DNA from: Candidatus Eiseniibacteriota bacterium
Lineage (GTDB): Bacteria; Patescibacteriota; Microgenomatia; Levybacterales; UBA12049
Length of the DNA stretch: 58,299 nt
Direction of reading: 5' to 3'
NCBI GenBank assembly: GCA_035631115.1
Contig: DASQJJ010000051.1
Location: 1 to 58,299 of the forward strand
A program made the translations under genes and the position numbers. How positions within the stretch are numbered: position 1 is the stretch's first letter; each line of letters begins with the position of its first letter. Positions 36,378 to 44,525 of the stretch are shown here, in pieces. A model generated the notes under the pieces. The model saw only the letters and a program-made list of their open reading frames with translations. It was not told the DNA's origin and ran no database searches.

Positions 36378-36713
36378 ATGCGGATGGGGCAAGCAGCAGA
36401 AAGACATGACGATCGTCATTCCTCAAGAGGAAGAGATTTTCGTCCTCAGCCTTTAAGAGGAGGAAATACGCGTCTTAGTCCTTCAAGACCAGAGTCTATG
36501 CGAAGCGCAGCTGACGAGAAAGCTACAGATGATGCCCTCCAAAAAGCCGTCAATCGTGAAACTTATCTTGCAGATCCTTCTCAGGCGCGCCGTCCAATCA
36601 TGAGAGATATGGGACACGGAACTATGTCTGTAAAATACCACATTCCTGGTTTGGACGAGCCTGTAACTATTATGCAAGCCAAGGATGAAAAGGGAAGACC
36701 AATGGACGAATAG
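36378..36713 (+). CDS. hypothetical charged Arg/Asp-rich protein (111 aa)
   Basis: ORF track, trimmed to ATG 36378 (MRMGQAAERHDD). First of three same-strand small ORFs. Confidence 0.5.
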   Translation: MRMGQAAERHDDRHSSRGRDFRPQPLRGGNTRLSPSRPESMRSAADEKATDDALQKAVNRETYLADPSQARRPIMRDMGHGTMSVKYHIPGLDEPVTIMQAKDEKGRPMDE

Positions 36714-36768
36714 CAACTTCTTTTAAATTCTTCTTGCTTTCCCTCTAAGAAATCTCTATAGTACTCCC

Positions 36769-37050
36769 ATGGCAACAGACAGAAAAGACGCAACATCAAA
36801 TCAGGTTAAAACAGTTTTAGCGGGTGACGGAGTTGAAGAAGTATATACGCCAACTGCTAGGGAAATACGCGAGCAGATGTCAAGAGAAGCTGCAGCACGA
36901 AGAAAAGAATACCCATCTGCAATAGAAGTAAGAGACCGCGAGGCAGATAGACGAAGATTAAGAAGGCAAACCATACAACAGCTTTATGACGAATTAGGAC
37001 ACCTCCCAAGTCGAAGACAAGTAAATCAAAGACTTAATCAGCAAAGATAA
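36769..37050 (+). CDS. hypothetical charged Arg/Glu-rich protein (93 aa)
   Basis: TATAGT lies 6 nt upstream of the ATG. The N-terminal region resembles the next ORF (VKTVLAGDG...TPTAREI versus LKVITTADG...ATPNEV). Confidence 0.55.
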   Translation: MATDRKDATSNQVKTVLAGDGVEEVYTPTAREIREQMSREAAARRKEYPSAIEVRDREADRRRLRRQTIQQLYDELGHLPSRRQVNQRLNQQR

Positions 37051-37135
37051 CTATAATTTTAGTTTTTCAAAATAGTATTAGCTTATTCTCATTAACTCTC
37101 TTGTTATTTATATAAAAACCATCTATAGTTTCTCC

Positions 37136-37426
37136 ATGCCAGATGGACCAAAATTAAAAGTAATAACAACCGCAGACGGAAAAGGACTTCGTATTGTTCA
37201 AGACGTACGCCAAGCAACACCCAATGAGGTTAGCCAACAAATTCCACTAAGAAGAGCTTTAGAACAAGAAGTTAGAACAAGACTAAGAGATAGAGAAGGA
37301 AGAGCTCCTAGGGCAGGAGATGTACGAGAGGGAGTAAGAGATGCATTGGACGATCAAAGAGCAGAAGTAAGAGCAGAATTAAAAAGAAAAATGCTAGCAA
37401 AAATGAAAAAAGAAGGCTTGTTATAA
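37136..37426 (+). CDS. hypothetical charged Arg/Glu-rich protein (96 aa), probable paralog of 36769..37050
   Basis: TATAGT lies 6 nt upstream of the ATG. The promoter/start context CTATAGTnnCTCCATG(G/C)CA is shared with the previous ORF. Confidence 0.55.
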   Translation: MPDGPKLKVITTADGKGLRIVQDVRQATPNEVSQQIPLRRALEQEVRTRLRDREGRAPRAGDVREGVRDALDDQRAEVRAELKRKMLAKMKKEGLL

Positions 37427-37454
37427 ATTCCAATTCCTAAGAATCATTTAATCC

Positions 37455-37985
37455 TTATGGAGATTTTTCATCATCGTAAGCTCGTGTCCAAACGTCTTCC
37501 TCTTCTCTTTGAGGTGGCCTTTTATGAGCAGGAATAGGACCATCACCATCTCTTTTTTTCAATTTTCTTGCACCCTCTCTTACGCCTGGACTCTTACTCT
37601 GTGCATGGAGTGCTAGTCTTCTTTGATACATATCTCTTAGACGATCATGAAGATCAAGCGCTTCATCACGGTTTACATCGATCACATGATTTGGACCTGC
37701 TGGAATAGTAATGCGTACACCTGTCCAATCTCCTTCCCTCTCAACCTCCACAAAACCAGCTGCAGTAGCCATTGCTTTCTCCAAAAGTATCTTGCGATCC
37801 CTTAATCGCTGAGTTCCATGAAAATGATCTGTCTCCGCAGAACTTGCACCCTGTAACCTATCTTTTCTTCTCCTATCAGGCTTTGGACTTCTTGAATTCA
37901 AAGAATTACCAAGCTTTCCCTCTCCACCACTACCGGCTTTTCTTGGTTCTCCGTCTTGAGGCATATCTATAGTTCTACTAGGCAT
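37455..37985 (-). CDS. hypothetical charged protein (176 aa) downstream of fusA
   Basis: ORF track. It starts 80 nt after the fusA stop. R/E/D/K/P-rich with no recognised motif. Confidence 0.55.
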   Translation of the reverse strand: MPSRTIDMPQDGEPRKAGSGGEGKLGNSLNSRSPKPDRRRKDRLQGASSAETDHFHGTQRLRDRKILLEKAMATAAGFVEVEREGDWTGVRITIPAGPNHVIDVNRDEALDLHDRLRDMYQRRLALHAQSKSPGVREGARKLKKRDGDGPIPAHKRPPQREEEDVWTRAYDDEKSP

Positions 37986-38065
37986 ATGATAGTGTCATTT
38001 ATACATGAGGCGTTTTCTCTTTGCAATAAGAAATATAAGTCCTACGATGATTGTCTATCGAAGCA

Positions 38066-40204
38066 TTACTCTACTCTTCCAGTAAAGGTGGATTTGGCAA
38101 GAAGGTCTTGGACAATATTTCGTGGTACTGGCTCGTAATGACTTGGCTCCATGTAGTACGATGCACGACCCTGAGACATACTTCTAATTTGTGTTGCATA
38201 TCCAGAAAGCTCTGAAAGTGGCACCATAGCCTTAATAATTGTTGCTCTACTTCTCTCTTCTGTACCAGAAATTTGTGCTCTTTTACTAGACAAATCTCCA
38301 ATAATATCTCCCATAAATTCACTTGGAGTAGTGACTTCAACCAACATGATAGGCTCCAAAAGTTGCATATCGGCTTTCTTGGATGCATTTTGGAAAGCCA
38401 TAGATGCAGCAATCTTAAAGGCAACATCGGAAGAATCAACATCATGATACGATCCGTCATACAGTGTAACTTTGGTATCTACAATTGGATAGCCCAAAAG
38501 CACACCATTTTCTTCTGTTTCCTTAACGCCTTTTTGAACAGAAATAATAAATTCTGCTGGAATTGCTCCTCCTTTAATAGCATTTACGAATTCGTTTCCT
38601 TCTCCTCGTGGCTTTGGCTCCAGCTTAAGATAGCAGTGACCATATTGTCCTCGTCCTCCGGATTGTCGAATATACTTGCCTTCTGCAGACGCTTCTTGTC
38701 CAATAGTCTCTTTGTAAGCAACTTGTGGTGCGCCAACATTAGCCAAGACGCCAAATTCGCGCTTCATTCTGTCTACCATAACTTCCAGCTGCAATTCTCC
38801 AATTCCAGAAATAATGGTCTGGTTGGTCTCGTGATTGGTCTTAACAGTAAAGGTTGGGTCTTCTTCTGTTAAGCGCTTTAATGCTAAGCCTAATTTTTCT
38901 TGGTCTGCTTTTGTCTGAGGCTCAATTGCCAAAGAAATAACAGGCTCTGGGAAAGTAATTTTTTCAAGGACAATTGGGGATTTATCATCACACAAAGTAT
39001 CTCCTGTTATGGTGTCTTTAAGTCCTACAAGTGCGACAATTTCTCCTGCATATGCTTCTTTAATTTCTTCTCTGGTATTTGCATGCATAAGAAGAATACG
39101 ACCAACACGCTCAGTAATATTTTTTGTAGAGTTATAAATATAACTTCCTGCCTCTACTTTTCCAGAATACACTCTAAAGTAGGTAAGTTTTCCAACATGT
39201 GGGTCTATTTGGATTTTAAATGCGAGTCCAGACAATTTTTCTTCAGGGACTAATTTTCGTACTTCTGGAGCTTCTGTCTTAGGATTAATTCCCTTAAGCT
39301 CTGCCAAATCCATTGGAGAGGGTAAATAATCAACAACAGCATCAAGAAGTGGTTGTACTCCTTTATTTCGAAGGGATGTACCTGCATAAATTGGTACTAA
39401 TTTATATGCAATAACTGCTGCGCGAAGCGCTTTTTTAAGCTCATCTACTGTTGGCTCTACACCACCAAGATATTTTTCCAAAAGCACATCGTCTGTTTCT
39501 GCAATTTTTTCTATTAATTTTTGTCTATATTCCTCTACCTGGGCCTTCATATCCTCTGGGACTTCATCTGTTGTGTCAAATGATGCACCTAAATCGTCTG
39601 AGTGCCATTTTAAAGAAGTCCTGGTAAGTAAATCCACATTACCAACATAGGTATTTTCTGACCCAATTGGGAGTACCATAATTGCAGGATTTGCACCAAG
39701 TCTATCCTCGATAGATTTTACTGTTGCCAAAAAGTCTGCACCCAACTTGTCCATTTTATTTACAAAACAAATTCTTGGTACTTTATATTTGTCTGCTTGT
39801 CTCCAAACAGTCTCTGACTGTGACTGCACACCTTCTTCTGCATCTAAGACAGTAATGCCACCATCGAGGACTCTGAGAGAGCGCTCTACTTCTGCAGTAA
39901 AGTCCACATGCCCTGGTGTATCGATAATATTAATTCTATACTGATTTTCCTGACCAGCTTTGTCTCCCGTATGAGTCCAGAATGCAGTGGTGGCAGCAGA
40001 CACAATAGTAATACCTCTTTCTTTTTCCTGCTCCATCCAGTCCATTTGGGTATTTCCTTCGTCGATGTCTCCAATTTTGTAGGTACGTCCGGTGTAGTAG
40101 AGGATTCTTTCTGTTGTGGTTGTCTTGCCTGCGTCAATATGCGCAATAATACCAATATTACGAATCTTGTCTAGTTCTGCGTGTCGGTTAGCTGAATCGG
40201 CCAT
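38066..40204 (-). CDS. fusA: elongation factor G
   Basis: [37 protein letters not shown] and NKMD. Start set at ATG 40204. The track extension to 40261 was rejected. Confidence 0.95.
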   Translation of the reverse strand: MADSANRHAELDKIRNIGIIAHIDAGKTTTTERILYYTGRTYKIGDIDEGNTQMDWMEQEKERGITIVSAATTAFWTHTGDKAGQENQYRINIIDTPGHVDFTAEVERSLRVLDGGITVLDAEEGVQSQSETVWRQADKYKVPRICFVNKMDKLGADFLATVKSIEDRLGANPAIMVLPIGSENTYVGNVDLLTRTSLKWHSDDLGASFDTTDEVPEDMKAQVEEYRQKLIEKIAETDDVLLEKYLGGVEPTVDELKKALRAAVIAYKLVPIYAGTSLRNKGVQPLLDAVVDYLPSPMDLAELKGINPKTEAPEVRKLVPEEKLSGLAFKIQIDPHVGKLTYFRVYSGKVEAGSYIYNSTKNITERVGRILLMHANTREEIKEAYAGEIVALVGLKDTITGDTLCDDKSPIVLEKITFPEPVISLAIEPQTKADQEKLGLALKRLTEEDPTFTVKTNHETNQTIISGIGELQLEVMVDRMKREFGVLANVGAPQVAYKETIGQEASAEGKYIRQSGGRGQYGHCYLKLEPKPRGEGNEFVNAIKGGAIPAEFIISVQKGVKETEENGVLLGYPIVDTKVTLYDGSYHDVDSSDVAFKIAASMAFQNASKKADMQLLEPIMLVEVTTPSEFMGDIIGDLSSKRAQISGTEERSRATIIKAMVPLSELSGYATQIRSMSQGRASYYMEPSHYEPVPRNIVQDLLAKSTFTGRVE

Positions 40205-40274
40205 AAAAGTAAAAAATTCTAAGCTCCAAAAACCAAATCCCAAACAAATCACAAGTACCAAAATTCAAAATGTT

Positions 40275-40298
40275 TAGGGTTTAGAAATTAGGATTTAG
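40275..40298. repeat. heptad TAG array upstream of fusA
   Basis: TAG at 40275, 40282, 40289 and 40296. Confidence 0.7.
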
Positions 40299-40344
40299 GA
40301 TTTACAACTTTAGTATACCATAAATTTTGAAGAGAGAAAAGAAG

Positions 40345-40686
40345 CTAGAATTGTCTTCCTCTTCGTTCATGAAGAGAACCACCTGTATCACGACTTGCTG
40401 TTGCCAACGTTAGTGCACCTGTGTTGTGTGTTACCTCTGGTTGGAGTGATGAATGTCGACGACGGGCACGCTCTGCTTGCTCTTCTAATTGCTTGCGAAG
40501 TAGTTCCTCAAGATTAACAGCTGATGCTTGCGACGTTGCATACTCTGGAGCTTGAGCAACATACTGACTTGCGGGAGCGTTTTTAACAAATGGTGAACCA
40601 CGAAGCGGAAGATCTCCTGGGCCGCCTCCATGACCAATCCGCACATCATGTCTTGATCCCATTTCTCGTTGCACTGCTACTGTCAT
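40345..40686 (-). CDS. hypothetical protein (113 aa) with REMGS N-terminal motif
   Basis: ORF track. It lies 6 nt after the stop of a 51-aa ORF that shares REMGS and EL..KQ.E....E..RRR.S motifs. Confidence 0.5.
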   Translation of the reverse strand: MTVAVQREMGSRHDVRIGHGGGPGDLPLRGSPFVKNAPASQYVAQAPEYATSQASAVNLEELLRKQLEEQAERARRRHSSLQPEVTHNTGALTLATASRDTGGSLHERRGRQF

Positions 40687-40692
40687 ATAAAT

Positions 40693-40848
40693 TTATAAGT
40701 GACCGGCCTCTTCAGCCGATGGCGCTGGCCCACTGCGTCTTCTGTTTTCCTCAACATGTTGTTCTATTGCCTGCTTTTCCAATTCCTGACCTCTCACAGT
40801 CCATTGCCCTGCTTCAGACTGAGAACCCATTTCTCTTGATTGACTCAT
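40693..40848 (-). CDS. hypothetical 51-aa protein, short paralog of 40345..40686
   Basis: Own translation gives MSQSREMGSQSEAGQWTVRGQELEKQAIEQHVEENRRRSGPAPSAEEAGHL. It is below the track cut-off. Confidence 0.4.
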   Translation of the reverse strand: MSQSREMGSQSEAGQWTVRGQELEKQAIEQHVEENRRRSGPAPSAEEAGHL

Positions 40849-40929
40849 AGTTATAGGACAGTTTTACCACTTATTCACCAAATAGTCAAGTTGACGAAGT
40901 CCTTCCCACTGTGTGCTATAATCCCTTGT

Positions 40930-41568
40930 ATGGAAAAGGTTATTCTCTTTGTTATGATTCTGGGAGTTGGAGTAGCAAGCGTTATTCTGCTTCTGAGTAA
41001 GTCTTCCCAACCTACCAGTACTGCACTCGACCTCCTTAATGCCACGCCTACTGTGAGTGCCCTCGAACAGCAGCAACAGGCAGCTCAACAGCAACAACAG
41101 CAGGCACAACCCAAGACTCAGCCAATTGGTCCTGTGGAGGTCCTAGCCCCCAAACAGGCAACTATTTCTACCAGTAAAGGCGATATTACTGTCCAGCTGT
41201 ATGCGACCGAGGCAGCCCAAACAGTCAATAATTTTGCACAAAGAGCAAAAGCTGGATTTTATAAGGGTCTTATTTTCCATAGAGTTGAAGATTGGGTTGT
41301 CCAAGGAGGAGACCCCCTAGGGAATGGCACAGGAGGAGGACAAATGGCAACCGAAATCAATAACGAGCCTTTCGAGGTAGGCTCGTTGGGAGTAGCAAGA
41401 GGCAACGATATTCAAATATCCAACGATTCCCAATTCTTTATAACTAAAACAGCAGCTTCCTGGCTTAACAATCAATATACGAATTTTGGCAAAGTGACAA
41501 GTGGCATGAGTGTGGTAAATAAATTGCAAATTGGAGATAAAATCCTAGGAATTACTACCAGTAATTAA
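40930..41568 (+). CDS. membrane-anchored cyclophilin-type peptidyl-prolyl isomerase
   Basis: GFYKGLIFHRVEDWVVQGGDPLGNGTGG. N-terminal TM plus Q-rich linker. TGcTATAAT lies 7 nt upstream of ATG 40930. Confidence 0.8.
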   Translation: MEKVILFVMILGVGVASVILLLSKSSQPTSTALDLLNATPTVSALEQQQQAAQQQQQQAQPKTQPIGPVEVLAPKQATISTSKGDITVQLYATEAAQTVNNFAQRAKAGFYKGLIFHRVEDWVVQGGDPLGNGTGGGQMATEINNEPFEVGSLGVARGNDIQISNDSQFFITKTAASWLNNQYTNFGKVTSGMSVVNKLQIGDKILGITTSN

Positions 41569-41608
41569 TCTTGAAAAAGCTCGCCCCATAGGGTAAAATA
41601 TTCCTCTT

Positions 41609-41764
41609 ATGACAAGATATGCATCCAAGCCCAGTTTTGATAAACACAGAAGAGTAAAAAGAAAAAAAGCAAGGGAAGCAAAGCATGAAGCAGCAGAATC
41701 AGAACCTACCTTGACAGCTGCTCAGAAAGCAAAACAGAGAGCTGAGTGGAGACCAAAGGAGTAA
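41609..41764 (+). CDS. possible 51-aa Lys/Arg-rich protein
   Basis: Own translation gives MTRYASKPSFDKHRRVKRKKAREAKHEAAESEPTLTAAQKAKQRAEWRPKE. TAAAAT lies 9 nt upstream. No other support. Confidence 0.3.
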   Translation: MTRYASKPSFDKHRRVKRKKAREAKHEAAESEPTLTAAQKAKQRAEWRPKE

Positions 41765-41776
41765 TAGTACTTTTCC

Positions 41777-42826
41777 CTACTCTTTCTCCTTTATCTCCCC
41801 AACCAAGCTTTCAATAATATCTTCTATGCTCACAATGCCCACCATTGCTTTAGCATTATTCACAACAATTGCTAAGTGGACTCCTTTTTCCTTCATAAGC
41901 GTTAATACATCGTCAATTCTTTTCCCATCCGGAATAAAAATGGTTTTGCGGATAAGATCTGTTTGGTTAACTGGCGAATATTGTGCAAGCGTCTTTTCGT
42001 ATACATATATATCTGTCACAGCAACATACCCAACGATTTCATTTAAAGAATCTTTATACACTGGGAAGCGGGTGTGGAGATTTTTCTTTGTAATTTTTTT
42101 TGCAATTTCGAGTATTGCAACATCGTAGGGAAATGCAACAACTTCTTTTTTTGGCACCATAATCCGCGAAATTGGCAAATCTCCTATTCGAAAAAGTCTA
42201 TTAATTATTTCTACTTCTTGCTGGTCTATTTCTCCTCCCTTTGCACTTTGCATAAGAATAATTTTTATTTCTTCTTCTGTATAAATAGATTTTTTAATAT
42301 GCGTTGAGATGCCAAAAATGCCTAGAATAAATCCTGCAGTCACGCTTAACAGCCACACAAAAGGCCTAAAAATAGTAGTAAAAACCATAAGAGGAATAAT
42401 AATTATGGTTGCTATTTTTTCTGGCTTTTGCAGTGCTGTGGTCTTTGGAGCCAACTCTCCAAAAACAATTTGTAAAAAGGTAATAACAAAAAAGGAAATA
42501 GTAAGAGCAACTATGTGTGAGGAGACTAAAAGAATAGTTGGGGGCATATGTGGCTCGAGAAAGTCTCCAAAAAAATGAGCTAATGCAGGCTCGCCAAGCC
42601 ATCCAAGGGCGAGAGATGCTAAGGTAATACCAAATTGTGTTGCAGAAATATAGGTAGACAGTGAATTGTATGCCTGCAGGACAAGATTTGCTGTTGAATG
42701 CCCTTTACTTGCCATTGCTTCCAATTTGCTTCTTCGTGAGGAAACAAGGGCAAATTCCGACATAACAAAAAATCCATTCAGGAAAATAAAGAGAAAAATA
42801 AGAAGAAGTTGAAAAAGCAGATCCAT
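41777..42826 (-). CDS. CNNM/HlyC-CorC family transporter (DUF21 + CBS pair, no CorC C-terminal domain)
   Basis: LNGFFVMSEFALVSSRRSKLE...GELAPK (DUF21), followed by a CBS pair. Confidence 0.8.
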   Translation of the reverse strand: MDLLFQLLLIFLFIFLNGFFVMSEFALVSSRRSKLEAMASKGHSTANLVLQAYNSLSTYISATQFGITLASLALGWLGEPALAHFFGDFLEPHMPPTILLVSSHIVALTISFFVITFLQIVFGELAPKTTALQKPEKIATIIIIPLMVFTTIFRPFVWLLSVTAGFILGIFGISTHIKKSIYTEEEIKIILMQSAKGGEIDQQEVEIINRLFRIGDLPISRIMVPKKEVVAFPYDVAILEIAKKITKKNLHTRFPVYKDSLNEIVGYVAVTDIYVYEKTLAQYSPVNQTDLIRKTIFIPDGKRIDDVLTLMKEKGVHLAIVVNNAKAMVGIVSIEDIIESLVGEIKEKE

Positions 42827-42850
42827 CTACCAGTAGTATAGCAAATATTC
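42811..42850. repeat. 40-bp direct repeat A (promoter and first codons of the CNNM gene)
   Basis: GAAAAAGCAGATCCATCTACCAGTAGTATAGCAAATATTC matches 43271..43308 at 34 of 40 aligned positions (4 substitutions plus a 2-nt gap). Confidence 0.65.
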
Positions 42851-42869
42851 GCTTTTTGATTTGAAAAAT

Positions 42870-43241
42870 TTATTGATCTTTTTTATCCAAATCATCTAAG
42901 AGTCTATCTGCTCTATCACCAAGCTTATCATGAAGAATATCTCTAGCTAGATCCCTGTTAATATCTCCGTCATTTTTGCCTCCTATTCCTGCTTGTCTGT
43001 ACGCATCAGTGAGTCTTTTCCCATGTGTAGGTAAATGAGTACCATCCTCCAGTTTTCTCCAATCGTTGGCCCCAAGAGGTGGTACAGGATCCTTAGGATC
43101 GTTACTGGGATAACCATTATTGTTAATTGCATCCGCAGCATCAAAAGGATCCATCCTAGAAGCTTTTCTACCTCGCTTTAAATGATCACCAAATTGCCTA
43201 CTTCTCTTTGGATTATCTCTCTGAGATCTTTCTTGTACCAT
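42870..43241 (-). CDS. hypothetical charged protein (123 aa) bracketed by the 40-bp duplication
   Basis: ORF track. TAGAAT lies 6 nt upstream of the ATG. Confidence 0.5.
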   Translation of the reverse strand: MVQERSQRDNPKRSRQFGDHLKRGRKASRMDPFDAADAINNNGYPSNDPKDPVPPLGANDWRKLEDGTHLPTHGKRLTDAYRQAGIGGKNDGDINRDLARDILHDKLGDRADRLLDDLDKKDQ

Positions 43242-43270
43242 AGAAGAATTCTAGCAAAATTTTATATATA

Positions 43271-43308
43271 GAAAAAGCACGTCCATCTACCATTAGTGTA
43301 GCAAATTC
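43271..43308. repeat. 40-bp direct repeat B (orphan copy of the CNNM promoter/start)
   Basis: Minus strand reads TACACT-aatggtag-ATGGACGTGCTTTTTC, followed by a stop after 11 codons. Confidence 0.65.
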
Positions 43309-43357
43309 GAGAATCTTAAATTGCTAAATTGTTATATTGTTCTTGGGTTCTCCTTCG

Positions 43358-43530
43358 CCATTACGCTGCATTATATCTGCAGACAGCAGGCTATTCCCAA
43401 TTCTCAGGTGAATTGGAATTCGATGTGCAACTATTTTGCTTTACTTAAGCCAATCGGTAATCGAATTACATTTAGCGAGTCCCTCCCGAGTGTCACCCTG
43501 AAATTGGGTAGACTGATGGCTGCAAGAAAG
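43358..43530. repeat. 172-nt structured non-coding element, copy 2
   Basis: Same orientation as copy 1. It lies between the rpsG stop and the next minus-strand gene. Confidence 0.8.
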
Positions 43531-43534
43531 AAAG

Positions 43535-43557
43535 ATTCTGGACAAGCCAGAATGACG
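43535..43557. repeat. hairpin element ATTCTGG-ACAAG-CCAGAAT-GACG
   Basis: 21/23 identical to 55197..55219. The two differences are paired stem positions. Confidence 0.55.
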
Positions 43558-43568
43558 GGGATAAAAAC

Positions 43569-44042
43569 TTACCAACGGAAGTGGGCGAAGGCTCTATTTG
43601 CTTCTGCTTGTCTGTGTGTATTATCTCTTTTCTTAATTGCCTCTCCCTTACCCTCTAGGGCATCCATAAATTCTGCAACTAATTTTTCTGAGAAGGTATG
43701 GAATTCTTTATTTGGTCGTGCTGCTGCTGCCTCGAGTAACCACCTAATTGCAACTGCATATTTTCTATCTCCTCGTACTTCTGTAGGGACCTGGTAATTT
43801 GCTCCACCGATTCTTCGAGCTTTAATTTCTACTTTTGGTGCAATTGCTTCTAATACTTTTTGGAATAAATCGAGTGGATCTTGTCCTTTTGCCTTGAGCA
43901 AATCAAATGCATTGTAGACTACTTTTTCTGCGATGGTTTTTTTACCATCCCGCATAACATTATTAATAAATTTAGCAACCAAAACACTCCCGTATAATTG
44001 ATCTGGTTCTGTTGTCCTTTTCGTAACTTTTGCGTGTCTCAT
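43569..44042 (-). CDS. rpsG: 30S ribosomal protein S7
   Basis: DQLYGSVLVAKFINNVMRDGKK...ANRAFAHFRW. Confidence 0.95.
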   Translation of the reverse strand: MRHAKVTKRTTEPDQLYGSVLVAKFINNVMRDGKKTIAEKVVYNAFDLLKAKGQDPLDLFQKVLEAIAPKVEIKARRIGGANYQVPTEVRGDRKYAVAIRWLLEAAAARPNKEFHTFSEKLVAEFMDALEGKGEAIKKRDNTHRQAEANRAFAHFRW

Positions 44043-44045
44043 AGG

Positions 44046-44516
44046 TTAGGCTGCAGGTGCTGCTGCGGCTGGTGCTGCTGGCTTCCCTCCTGCTTTTGCT
44101 GGTCCTCCTTGGCCTTTTTTAGTACCATACTTACTTCGAGATGATTGTCGTCCAACGACTCCTTGTAAATCAAATTTTCCTCGCACAATATGGTATTTTA
44201 CTCCTGGTAAATCTTTTACACGTCCGCCTCTTACTAAGACAATACCGTGCTCTGCTAAGCTGTGTCCAACACCTTGAATATATGCAGTAACTTCTGTCCT
44301 ATTGGAAAGCTTGACTCTTGCAACTTTTCTTAAAGCAGAATTTGGCTTTTTGGGTGTCATGGTCTTAACCAACGTAACAACTCCTCTTTTCTGTGGAGAA
44401 GCAACATTTGTGTATACTCGGTCTTTTGCATTATACGATCTGCGAAGACCAGTGGACTTCACCTTTTTCATTTTTTTGGCTCTTCCTCTTTTAACTAATT
44501 GCGATAATGTTGGCAT
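44046..44516 (-). CDS. rpsL: 30S ribosomal protein S12 with Ala/Pro/Gly-rich C-terminal tail
   Basis: [12 protein letters not shown]...[19 protein letters not shown]...[19 protein letters not shown]. Confidence 0.95.
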   Translation of the reverse strand: MPTLSQLVKRGRAKKMKKVKSTGLRRSYNAKDRVYTNVASPQKRGVVTLVKTMTPKKPNSALRKVARVKLSNRTEVTAYIQGVGHSLAEHGIVLVRGGRVKDLPGVKYHIVRGKFDLQGVVGRQSSRSKYGTKKGQGGPAKAGGKPAAPAAAAPAA

Positions 44517-44525
44517 AGCAGTCTA

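Noticed and set aside
38071-39253. Several ORFs (129, 199 and 117 aa) inside or antisense to fusA
   Set aside because: EF-G is full length with all GTPase motifs. The others are frame or strand artefacts.
40205-40261. N-terminal extensions offered by the ORF track for fusA, and likewise for 6538..8040, 35879..36289, 40840, 7991, 52361, 51850..52380, 325..762 and 808..1131
   Set aside because: Each extension runs through a spacer, repeat or promoter sequence. Internal ATGs give canonical N-termini with a -10 box or SD at the right distance.
35693-43530. The two 172-nt direct repeats as borders of a mobile island
   Set aside because: The bracketed 7.7 kb contains essential fusA and no recombinase. 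The repeats look like independent copies of a small element rather than island ends.
43321-43797. 158-aa plus-strand ORF covering repeat copy 2 and the 3' end of rpsG
   Set aside because: It is antisense to a well-supported rpsG and reads through two non-coding repeats. The 'protein' is just the translated repeat sequence.
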